The translations under genes were made by a program, and so were the position numbers. A stretch of DNA of 64,000 nt from Pseudomonadales bacterium (lineage in GTDB: Bacteria; Pseudomonadota; Gammaproteobacteria; Pseudomonadales; IMCC2047), in the NCBI GenBank assembly GCA_024234615.1, contig JACKNY010000002.1, forward strand, positions 243,528 through 307,527. Reading direction: 5' to 3'. The notes below the pieces were generated by a model, which saw only the letters and a program-made list of their open reading frames with translations, ran no database searches and had not been told where the DNA came from. Shown here piece after piece: positions 28,849 to 37,861 of this stretch. Every line of letters begins with the position of its first letter. The stretch's first letter is position 1.

Positions 28849-31278
28849 ATGTCTAACCACCATCCACCCAAAGAGAAGCTCCGCGGCAGCGGAAATAAGT
28901 TTGGTGATATCTCCACTATCGATGCAAGATTGACTGAGCTTGAGCAGGAAAAACAGCAGCTCATGGCTCTCAGGGAAAAGCTGCAAAGATCCAAGTCCCC
29001 TCCCCCCGCTTCGGACTCACTCTCACCGGAACAAAAAATTGCAATTTTCAGAATGCTGTTTCGCGGGCGCACCGATATTTTTGCCAATCGCTGGCAAAAC
29101 CAACAAGGACGAAGTGGCTATTCCGTAGCCTGTAACAACGAGTGGGTTCAGGGCATCTGCAAAAAACCGAGGATCAAATGTCTTGACTGCACTCACCACC
29201 AGTTTAGCGAGTTAAACGATCAGGTCATTTATCGCCACTTGGCTGGACAGCAGATTGTTGGCTTGTACCCTTTACTCCAAGATAACACCTGCTTCTTGCT
29301 GGCCGTCGATTTCGATAAAGGCAGCTGGCAAGACGAAGTAAAAGCGATGTCCAGAGCTTGTACCGAATATAGCGTGCCTCACGCTGTAGAGATTTCCCGC
29401 TCAGGAAATGGCGCGCATCTCTGGATATTTTTTGATGAAAAAATTTCCGCCAACGAAGCTCGCTTACTGGGGTTCAGCCTGCTGGGTAAAGCGATGGAGA
29501 TTTATCCAAACCTGTCTTTCGATTCCTATGACAGATTGTTTCCCAATCAGGATATTCTTCCTGAAGGTGGATTCGGCAATTTGATTGCTTTGCCGCTCCA
29601 ACGCGAAGCCAGGCAAGCAGGCAATAGCTCATTTGTCGATAAGGAATTGAATGTCATTGAAGATCAATGGCAGTACCTCGCAGAGATAAAGAGGCTTTCC
29701 AGATCTGAGCTAAATAAGCTTCTTTCGCAGATTTCTCCCAATGGAAACCTGATTTCAGAGCAGGATGTTAATGATACCCGGCCACCCTGGGAGATAACAG
29801 CCAAACCCAAGCCACTGATTCTGGAAAACCCACCTCAACAGATAACGATAACGCTCGCCAACCACATCTATTTCGAGATAAAGTCTCTGCCAGGCGCTCT
29901 TTCAGCAAGATTAAGACGTTTAGCGAGTTTTTCGAATCCGGTTTTCTTTAAAACACAGGCGCTTCGCTTTTCTACTCACGGCATTCCGAGGTTCATTTCT
30001 TGCGCACGCATTGAGCAAGGCTACTTGGCATTGCCACGCGGGTGTCTGGATGCGGCCCTCGCCTTATTGCAAGAGAACAATATTGACGTCCAAATCGATG
30101 ACAAGCGTGAGCCGGGAACAAAGCTTTCTTCGATAAAACCGCTGCTAACTTTAAGAAAAAACCAACAGGCCGCTGTTAAAGCAATGAGCAAACACGATAC
30201 AGGAGTACTGCATGCACCTACGGCATTTGGCAAAACCGTAACGGCTATCGGAATGATCGCCAAGCGTAATACAAACACGCTCATTCTTGTGCATAGCCGC
30301 CAGTTGCTTGATCAATGGCAGGAAAGACTGCGTTCGTTCTTACCAGAAGCAGAGATTGGCGTCATCCGAGGCGGTAAGAAGAAGCCGGCCGGAATCATTG
30401 ATATAGCGACATATCAAAGCCTGATTAACAAGAAAGACAATACCGTCTCTCCCATTGTTCAGGACTACGGGCATGTCATAGTTGATGAATGCCACCACGT
30501 ATCCGCCCCGCGCTTTGAAATGGTATTGAACGAAGTTCGAGCGAAGTACGTGCTCGGCCTTACTGCTACCCCGGAAAGACAGGACGGCCACCAGAAGATC
30601 ATCTTTATGGCTGCCGGCCCCATTCGGCACAAAGTTAAAAGCTCAACTGAAGGAAACTTCGAACAAGAAGTTCAAGTCCATCAATTCTATGATACGCCCC
30701 CACTACATCTTTCCCAGCCCGAGAAGCGGCCCAAAATTACAGATGCCTACCGGTGGATAATGGAAAACGAAGAGCGAACACAACGAATTGCTTCAGATGT
30801 GATCAATAGTGTTCGCGAAGGCAGGCACCCAATCGTCCTCACTGAAAGGCGCGAACATGCCGAGATGATTAACAACCTTCTCCAAGAAAACGGTATTGAT
30901 TCCATCATATTAAAAGGCGCAATGAAAGCCGCTGAACGCAAGCGAGTTGATGAGCATTTGCATTCGGCGCAGGTTGTGGTCGCCACCGGAAAGTATGTGG
31001 GAGAGGGTTTTGACTTGCCCAGGCTGGATACACTGTTTCTTGCCATGCCCATCGCCTGGAAAGGTTCGTTAGCGCAATACGCAGGAAGGATTCATCGGGA
31101 ATCAGACGGCAAAACGCAAGTGACGATTCACGACTACGTTGACTGCGGACTTCCCATGCTCCAGCGCATGTTCAATAAACGCGAAAAAAGCTACAAGTCG
31201 ATGGGCTATACCATCTTGTTCTCAGGTGAATCAGACAGCTCGAATGGCACTAAGCAACTTGATGCCATGCTGGTGTAG
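28849..31278 (+). CDS. Archaeo-eukaryotic primase-like (TOTE-type) domain fused to SF2 DEAD/DEAH helicase
   Basis: N-term LFRGRTD, Cys cluster (C..C..C..C), AVDFD, SRSGNGAHLW; C-term APTAFGKT, VDECHH, GLTATP, GEGFDLP, QYAGRIHR. Confidence 0.82.
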   Translation: MSNHHPPKEKLRGSGNKFGDISTIDARLTELEQEKQQLMALREKLQRSKSPPPASDSLSPEQKIAIFRMLFRGRTDIFANRWQNQQGRSGYSVACNNEWVQGICKKPRIKCLDCTHHQFSELNDQVIYRHLAGQQIVGLYPLLQDNTCFLLAVDFDKGSWQDEVKAMSRACTEYSVPHAVEISRSGNGAHLWIFFDEKISANEARLLGFSLLGKAMEIYPNLSFDSYDRLFPNQDILPEGGFGNLIALPLQREARQAGNSSFVDKELNVIEDQWQYLAEIKRLSRSELNKLLSQISPNGNLISEQDVNDTRPPWEITAKPKPLILENPPQQITITLANHIYFEIKSLPGALSARLRRLASFSNPVFFKTQALRFSTHGIPRFISCARIEQGYLALPRGCLDAALALLQENNIDVQIDDKREPGTKLSSIKPLLTLRKNQQAAVKAMSKHDTGVLHAPTAFGKTVTAIGMIAKRNTNTLILVHSRQLLDQWQERLRSFLPEAEIGVIRGGKKKPAGIIDIATYQSLINKKDNTVSPIVQDYGHVIVDECHHVSAPRFEMVLNEVRAKYVLGLTATPERQDGHQKIIFMAAGPIRHKVKSSTEGNFEQEVQVHQFYDTPPLHLSQPEKRPKITDAYRWIMENEERTQRIASDVINSVREGRHPIVLTERREHAEMINNLLQENGIDSIILKGAMKAAERKRVDEHLHSAQVVVATGKYVGEGFDLPRLDTLFLAMPIAWKGSLAQYAGRIHRESDGKTQVTIHDYVDCGLPMLQRMFNKREKSYKSMGYTILFSGESDSSNGTKQLDAMLV

Positions 31279-31325
31279 TCGCAGGTTTCCGGATTGCTCC
31301 AGAACGCGAGTTGTTCAAGCTCCCT

Positions 31326-31585
31326 GATACCATGCCAGCATCAATCTTCCTCTCATGGTATCGATGTAATGTGCCTTGTTACGCGCAAAAAAATACCATG
31401 AAAAATACCATTGATGATGCAGATTATATTATCAATTGGATTATTTTTATTGTTATTTTTCAATATGTTATGAATTCCCGTCACTCCCACTCGATTGTAA
31501 ATAAGCCTTTTTTATCTTTTATATTCGATGACTTATTTTCCTGACAATTGGTAATACCATGAAAAATACCATGCTCAGAAATTCC
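31326..31585. repeat. att junction 2 (between tandem elements)
   Basis: IR GATACCATG/CATGGTATC (31326-31362), AATACCAT pair 31392-31411, core TCACTCCCACTCGAT 31481-31495, AATACCAT pair 31553-31573. Confidence 0.85.
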
Positions 31586-31646
31586 TTCAAAATACTCAAA
31601 AAAATTGCCGATTGAAAGCTCTCACACTGCCCCTTGGTAATATCGC

Positions 31647-32449
31647 TTACCCAGCATTCAGCCGGTTCTGGAAATCAGCGACTTCCTCCAGAATCTCCTC
31701 AAATGTTGGCACATCACCATAGAACATTTCCTGCTGCATACTTTCATAATCGGCCTGCCATGCAGGGAGATCGGCGGCTGAGGGTACCAGCTGCAGTTCC
31801 TGCGGATTTAGCGTCGAATAGTCGACCCATGTATAGCGGAAGAACAGCTGACGATGCATGGCAATACGATGGAATAGTCCGAGATCCCGGACAGATTCGT
31901 CACCCACTCCGGCCTGAATCATCCTGTAGAGGTCATCGTAATGGCGGGCCATCGATCGTCGCTGCTTTTTTCTGGCTTCTGGTCGAAATGTCTCCTCATG
32001 CAGCAGCATTGCCTTTCCCAGGAATGTGCGCTCTGGCCGCACTGCCCTCACCTCTGAACCTGGCTCGGCCAATAATTCCGGGAAGGCTTCGTTGATGTAG
32101 GGCGTGATTTCGACGGATGCAACAGGTTCTGTATTTGACCGGGCGCCCATCTCAATCTTTACAGCACGACGCAGATAGGCGGCCTGCTCCGGGAAGGCCG
32201 TTGGATTCAACAACAGCAAGGTCTGTTCATCGGGATCGTCGGGATCAGGCTCAAGCGACCATTCGAGTGTGTCCGATAAATCTGATGAGATCGATTCGAT
32301 GAGTGTCGGTTGAATCTGGTCGCTGATACATTGCTGGCAGGCTTCTTTCAGCGCCTTGAGGCGCTTGGTCATCTGTTTCCTGCTGGGTGCTTGTTCCGGG
32401 GCATTTTCTCCACCAAAACCCAAGGCTTCCCTGTCGATGACGATATCGA
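31647..32449 (-). pseudogene. AbiEii/AbiGii nucleotidyltransferase toxin, 3' exon
   Basis: [42 protein letters not shown]; continues RFSED from the 5' exon once the intron is removed. Confidence 0.85.
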
Positions 32450-34328
32450 GGTGAGTCGGCCAGCGGAACTTCCCCGCCAGCCGCTCTCCGAACCGTACGT
32501 GACAGTCTCCCGTCATACGGCTCTCCTTGCTCCATCAGCCGGTAAGTAACCGAGAATATTCCAATGTGCGAACAGCTTGGTCTTCCGGCGGGCCATCTTG
32601 CCCAAGGCATGTATTGCCCGCCGCGGTTTGCGTCTGAACGTCTTGTACTTATTCGCCACCCATTTTCCCAGATGCCGGTTAATATGCTCAGCCAGGGAAA
32701 ATAAGGCAGATTTGTAGTACTTGCTGTAATACTGAATCCACCCCTGTGCGATTGGATTAAACATCCTCGATAGGTCTTCTATGCTTTTCTCGCAACACCA
32801 TTTCAATCTCCACGCCCTGACCGTTCTTTTCATCGCAGTCAGCGCATCCCGGCTGACTGCCGGGAGGAAATTGCAGAACAGCTTTCCGTATCGGTTCCTT
32901 GCCCCCCTCGGTCTGAACTCAAACCCGAGGAATTTGAAACTGATATTTGGATAGCGCCCCTTGCGATCCGCATCCTTGCAATAGACGATCTTCGTCTTGA
33001 TCGGATGAAGTTCTAAGCGGCATTCTGCCATTCTTGCTTCGAGATGTTGCCTCAACGCCTTGGCCTGAGCCTCACTCTTGAGATGAATAACAATATCATC
33101 AGCGTACCGCTCGAACAGTACGCGCGGATAAGTCCTTGTCATCCATTGATCAAATGCATAGTGCAGGTAAAGATTTGCCAACAGGGGACTGACAACCCCC
33201 CCTTGCGGCGTACCCTTGCTCCGCTCCTCCAAACGTCCATCTTCATGCTGAACTGGAGCGGTTAACCATCTTTGTATGTATAACCGTACCCAAGGGTTTT
33301 GGGTGTGCTTATGCACTGCCTTCATCAGCAGGTCGTGATCGATGTTATCGAAGAACCCCTTGATATCGACGTCCAGAACGAAGTCATTGCGCCAGCATCG
33401 CTGCCGTGCCCTGCCTACTGCCTGGTGTGCCGATTTGTTAGGGCGATAGCCATACGAGTCTTCGTGGAAATAAGGTTCTATTTCCGGCTCGAAGGCCATT
33501 TTCACAACCGTTTGCGCGATTCGATCCGATACCGTCGGCACTCCTAATGGCCGTACACCTCCATCCGCCTTGGGTATTTCCACCCGTTTGACGGCTGGCG
33601 GGAAATACGTCCCCGATGCCATGCGATTCCAGAGTTTATACAGATTGCGTGGCGCATTCCGATTGAACTCCTCGATCGTCTGGTCATCGATGCCAGCGGC
33701 TCCTCCCTTAGCGCAAACTCGTTTATACGCATCCCAGACCATTCGCTTGGTTATCTCAAACGGCCTTGTTGTTATACTGAGCTCATCCTATTCCTAGTTG
33801 GCAAAATTTAACAACGAAACAATTGAACCCCTTCGCTCCAGGCTCATTACAAGCCATTCACCACTACTACGGGTTCTTCCGCCCCTGAACTTCCCATCGA
33901 TATTTCGCCTCGTGGGGGCTCCACTTGTGCTTTTCTCTTTGCATGGAAGTCCAGGTTCCCACGTTCCATGGATGAGCCTGTATTCGGGTCACGCCACCTT
34001 TACACCGGACACCGCTTGAGCCGTCATTTATAGGTCACGCTCAAACTTTTCCAGGGCGAAGACAGTTCCCTGTTCTGATGTCATCTCTTTCTTTCGATGC
34101 TTCAACGGTGATTCGCTTACGCTCGTCTCCTCGAACACGTACTTAACATGGTCATGCCATGCCTTTTCCATAACGCTCACGACCATGACTCTTTATCACA
34201 GCCGCTTATGGTAGTTTGCAACCCAGCCTATCCCTTGGTTGCGAGGGGCCTTCCCTCATCTCATCCACAGTTACACACTTCGGTTGTGATTCTTTAGCTC
34301 ATCACTTCCTCCATGCTTCGTGGCACAC
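32450..34328 (-). mobile_element. Group II intron, 1879 nt, RmInt1-like (class D, IIB)
   Basis: 5' GTGTG at 34328; domain V GAGCCGTATGACGGGAGACTGTCACGTACGGTTC; domain VI with bulged A at -7, ending CTCACC; EBS1/EBS2 complementary to the flanking exon; splicing restores the host frame. Confidence 0.93.
32513..33742 (-). CDS. ltrA: Group II intron reverse transcriptase/maturase (no endonuclease domain)
   Basis: [63 protein letters not shown]. Confidence 0.95.
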   Translation of the reverse strand: MVWDAYKRVCAKGGAAGIDDQTIEEFNRNAPRNLYKLWNRMASGTYFPPAVKRVEIPKADGGVRPLGVPTVSDRIAQTVVKMAFEPEIEPYFHEDSYGYRPNKSAHQAVGRARQRCWRNDFVLDVDIKGFFDNIDHDLLMKAVHKHTQNPWVRLYIQRWLTAPVQHEDGRLEERSKGTPQGGVVSPLLANLYLHYAFDQWMTRTYPRVLFERYADDIVIHLKSEAQAKALRQHLEARMAECRLELHPIKTKIVYCKDADRKGRYPNISFKFLGFEFRPRGARNRYGKLFCNFLPAVSRDALTAMKRTVRAWRLKWCCEKSIEDLSRMFNPIAQGWIQYYSKYYKSALFSLAEHINRHLGKWVANKYKTFRRKPRRAIHALGKMARRKTKLFAHWNILGYLPADGARRAV

Positions 34329-34530
34329 TATCTTCGGAAAAGCGTTCGATGAGATTCCAGCACTTGGATAACGACGTACCACCCTTAAACGTCAGATGTT
34401 TGCCCCATTCGGGCAGATCGAATAATTTGCCCAGCGTCCAACAAACCCAGAAGTCCTTTTCGACGGCAATCTCGAACAGATTCAGTTGTGCGCCTGTCTC
34501 CGTACAGACGAGCCGGCGACGTTCTTCCGG
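34329..34530 (-). pseudogene. AbiEii toxin 5' exon, start codon lost
   Basis: Manual translation [29 protein letters not shown]...[20 protein letters not shown]; no in-frame start found upstream. Confidence 0.8.
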
Positions 34531-35003
34531 CCCAGGTGGCGCAGTGCCTGGATCACCAACCCACTGATCTTTCCCGCAGTGGCCATATTGCGGGGAGTCG
34601 TGTGCTTCAGGATGATCTGGCGCTTGCCAACCTGGACAGTCCGCGAGCGGCCATCCGTTAAATAAACAACCTTCATGGGGACTTGCGTGGAGAGCCCAAG
34701 CAAATTAGCTGCGTAGGCCCCGGAGGGTTGAAGCCGGGTGGCGTCGCGACCTGCAAGTGCGCTTGCGATATCATCCGTCGATGGTTGCAACGAACCCAAC
34801 TGGGGATCAATTTTCGGGTAATCGTAGAGTCCCCGGGCCAGCTGACGGATAAGGCCGCTGTCCCGATGCCGCATCAGTGCCAGATCGACAGCCCCGCGGG
34901 TACCAAGATCCGTAAAACTATCGGGCGTAAAGACCCAGCCCCGCTTGCGGCCCTGAATCCGGCGGAGGATCTTGCTGTCGGTACTGTCTGCGTGCCTGCC
35001 CAT
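34482..35003 (-). CDS. AbiEi-type antitoxin (DUF6088 family), C-terminally truncated
   Basis: [42 protein letters not shown]. Confidence 0.85.
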   Translation of the reverse strand: MGRHADSTDSKILRRIQGRKRGWVFTPDSFTDLGTRGAVDLALMRHRDSGLIRQLARGLYDYPKIDPQLGSLQPSTDDIASALAGRDATRLQPSGAYAANLLGLSTQVPMKVVYLTDGRSRTVQVGKRQIILKHTTPRNMATAGKISGLVIQALRHLGRKNVAGSSVRRQAHN

Positions 35004-35005
35004 AT

Positions 35006-35040
35006 TTTTGAAAGAAAAGTGTATATCTTTTCTTTCAAAA
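35006..35040. promoter_or_regulatory. Perfect 14-bp inverted repeat operator upstream of abiEi
   Basis: TTTTGAAAGAAAAG-N7-CTTTTCTTTCAAAA abutting the ATG; AbiEi antitoxins autoregulate through promoter inverted repeats. Confidence 0.75.
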
Positions 35041-35309
35041 TAAAAGTGCTATTCAGGCCCTCTGAGTCTGTATGAGTGAGCGCGGGGTAAGGTCGGGCAG
35101 TGCCTGAATGGTTTCTGAACTTTTGCAGGCCGAAGGATAGGTCTTGATAGTGGTCAGATTACTGCTGTCACTCCAGACGCCGCACTCCGGTATCTTCGGC
35201 GCAAAACAAGCAAGGACGCGCATCCCCTTCGTGGTCTGGGAGCCGATCATGTCTTTAATGGCCGAAAGCAGGCTGAGGCCTTGCTCGACAGGTAATGCTC
35301 AGTCCGGCT

Positions 35310-35463
35310 GATACCATGCCAACATCAATCTACCCCTCATAGTATCACTGGTTTTTACATTACAGTGCGCAGGAAAACGCCGATTGTAAACAGGCCATTT
35401 TCCAGCATTATTTTCAATTGTTTATTTATTGGTGCAGGTGAGAATACCATGCAAAATACCATG
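35310..35463. repeat. att junction 3 (diverged)
   Basis: GATACCATGCCAACATCAATC...CATAGTATC (cf. 31326), CGATTGTAAA (35381-35390; cf. 31492), AATACCATGCAAAATACCATG (35443-35463). Confidence 0.7.
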
Positions 35464-35512
35464 TTCAGCATTTACTGCTAATCGATACGGTAATCACCAA
35501 TTCACACGTGCA

Positions 35513-35935
35513 TCAACCACTTTTGCGTCCAACCATGCGGCCGGCGAACTCCTGCCTCTCAAAGACCAGATGTTTGAAAGCGCCGAACACATGCAGAACC
35601 ACCGCAACCAGAACGGCCTTCGCGGCAACCACATGAACCACTTCAAGTGCCTCGTGCAGGGACTCCATTTTACCGGTCGGGCTCGGTATCGAAAACCAGG
35701 TGAAAACCTCGATGGCCCGATCACCGGTCCACACTGCCAGCGGGCCGGTGACGATAAGCACGCTGATACCCAGTAACAGGACGACGTGCACAAACTGCGT
35801 CAGACGTTGCATCGCCACGGGTTGCTTGAAGGCCGCAGGGCCGTCGCTGAACATCCTCCACAGCACGCGAAACGCAAGCGGTGCGAACACCAGCGCGCCG
35901 ATGGCTATATGCAGTTTCGGGAATTCCAGGGACAC
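35513..35935 (-). CDS. Cytochrome b561/b-type membrane protein, possibly N-truncated
   Basis: LHIAIG, R.LWR, H.VL, LH...H, LHV.GA.KH heme-ligand His pattern. Confidence 0.7.
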   Translation of the reverse strand: MSLEFPKLHIAIGALVFAPLAFRVLWRMFSDGPAAFKQPVAMQRLTQFVHVVLLLGISVLIVTGPLAVWTGDRAIEVFTWFSIPSPTGKMESLHEALEVVHVVAAKAVLVAVVLHVFGAFKHLVFERQEFAGRMVGRKSG

Positions 35936-36001
35936 CCTACATAATCAGGGACAATCAGGATGGCAGAAATATTGATGTATGGTATTCACATGGCTTTACA
36001 G

Positions 36002-37336
36002 TTATCGCATCTCGAAAAACTCGCGATGAAAGTTTGCCGCCGGTAGTCCGTTGGCCAGAAAATCCTCACGCAGGGCATCACCGAAAGCCGCGGGCCCGCA
36101 GAACCAGACACCCGTCGAACGCCATTCCGGTACTAATTTACGGATTCGCTCACCCGTCAGGCGGCTATCCTTTGGTGTAACGAACAGATGCAGTTTTACG
36201 TTAGCCGCTTCAGCATCGGCCGTAAGCTTGTCAATCGCCGTCTGGTCAAAATCCGTCGTCGCATGGAACAGATCGATCTCCTGCTCGCCCGGCGTGTGGG
36301 CCAGATGCTTCATTCGCGCAATAAACGGTGTAATGCCAATGCCACCCCCAATCCAGATCTGCCGTGATCGACCGTCATTGAAATCGAAACAACCGTAAGG
36401 GCCTTCCACGGAAACCGGCGTACCCACTTTTAGTCTGTCGCGCAACCGACTCGTCCAGTCACCCAACCCCTTGGTTATAAACGTCATCCTGTGCTCTTCC
36501 GGATTCCACGCAGAGGCAATGGTGTAAGGGTGGGCACCCTCGCGTTTGTTGGATATGACAAATGCGAACTGCCCCGGTACATGCCCCTGCCATCCGTTGC
36601 CCACATCGAGAGTGCCTTCTATGACGTTCAGTCCTGGATAGTAAGTCACTGACTCGATGACACCTTCCGCTTTGCGTCTGGCACCCACTTGGCCAGCCAG
36701 TACCAGCAAAGCCGACATGGTTCCCCCCAGCATCAGGATCGCCAATACCCAGCCGACAGGTTGCGACCAGTAGCTAAACTGAGTAAGAACAACGGTGTGA
36801 AACACCAGCGCCAGGTAAGCAATCGCAAGCCAGTTATGGGTTTTTCTAAACAGGTGATACGGAAATTTCTTTATCAGTGCAAGAACAATGAGGATCGCCA
36901 CGATATAGAACACCCATTCACCAACAGATTCGGCCAGACCGCGCTGGCTCCGCAGCAATTCTTCAGGTGCTGAGAGCATCTGCTCAATGACTGGTTTGCG
37001 CTCGGGTTTTGTCAGCCAGCCCCAGCCGACCATCCACTTGGTACCCTTCGCCCACCACCAGTGAACCGTTGCAACAACCAAGGCCGTGACGCCAAGCCAT
37101 TTGTGCAGACGGTACATCTTGTCTAGCCCGTTCAATGGACGCTCGATCAGTTTTGGCCGTAGCGCAAGCAGCAATGCCGCGCTCATGACACCGATGGCGA
37201 CCACCCCGGTGTACTGGACAAATACACCACGAAACGAAAAATAGTTGAATGGGTCTGGTATTAATGTGTCGGCGAACAGCCACAGCGCACTTAGTGCCAG
37301 CAACAGTCCCCAAAAACTGAGTTTGATCTTGCTCAT
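36002..37336 (-). CDS. Ferric reductase-like transmembrane protein with FAD/NAD-binding domain
   Basis: GLDKMYRLHKWLG, H.WL, HPYTIAS, EGPYG, WIGGGIGITPF, FCGP, EFFEMR. Confidence 0.88.
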   Translation of the reverse strand: MSKIKLSFWGLLLALSALWLFADTLIPDPFNYFSFRGVFVQYTGVVAIGVMSAALLLALRPKLIERPLNGLDKMYRLHKWLGVTALVVATVHWWWAKGTKWMVGWGWLTKPERKPVIEQMLSAPEELLRSQRGLAESVGEWVFYIVAILIVLALIKKFPYHLFRKTHNWLAIAYLALVFHTVVLTQFSYWSQPVGWVLAILMLGGTMSALLVLAGQVGARRKAEGVIESVTYYPGLNVIEGTLDVGNGWQGHVPGQFAFVISNKREGAHPYTIASAWNPEEHRMTFITKGLGDWTSRLRDRLKVGTPVSVEGPYGCFDFNDGRSRQIWIGGGIGITPFIARMKHLAHTPGEQEIDLFHATTDFDQTAIDKLTADAEAANVKLHLFVTPKDSRLTGERIRKLVPEWRSTGVWFCGPAAFGDALREDFLANGLPAANFHREFFEMR

Positions 37337-37350
37337 AGTGAAATATGATC

Positions 37351-37828
37351 CTATGCGTTTGCTATCCTCAGAATCGGCTTGATGGTTTTTCCGGTTTTTG
37401 AGTCTTCGAACGCCTGGTCGATGTCCTCAAAATCGTAAATACCCACTAACCTGTCGAAAGGCAACAGGCCTTTTTTATGATAATTCACCAGTTCGGGAAG
37501 TATCATCTGTGGCACGGTGTCGTCTTCAATAACGCCTATCAATGCCTTGCCTTCGGCCATAATTTCTTGCTGAATGTTTGAACGTCACTTCACCGGTAAA
37601 ACCAACAATGGCACATTGACCCAGTGGGCGCAGACCTTGAACAGCCTGCTTGACCACCGGCGCAACGCCCGTTGTATCGATTGCATAATGCCGAGCATGA
37701 CGAGTACCAGTGCCGCGACAGTGATTCAACCTGAAGATCAAACCGTAGCAATCCAGCGTGTCGCGCAACGACACATCGTTAGCGCTAGGGTTTAACGGAG
37801 GATTCATTGTGTTCGATTCAGAAGTCAT
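37351..37828 (-). pseudogene. Chimeric, frameshifted remnant of a Zn-dependent (aryl-)alcohol dehydrogenase
   Basis: YAIDTTGV..V...GLRPLGQCAIVG, then frameshift near 37578 into GKALIGVIE....P..I....KG.LPFDRL...IKPIL; N-terminal catalytic domain absent. Confidence 0.75.
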
Positions 37829-37861
37829 GGTGTTTCTCCTTGTCATCGCGCGCATTGGAAA

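Noticed and set aside
31647-32516. 289-aa ORF as a stand-alone gene
   Set aside because: Its first ~22 codons are intron domains V-VI; the remainder is the abiEii 3' exon.
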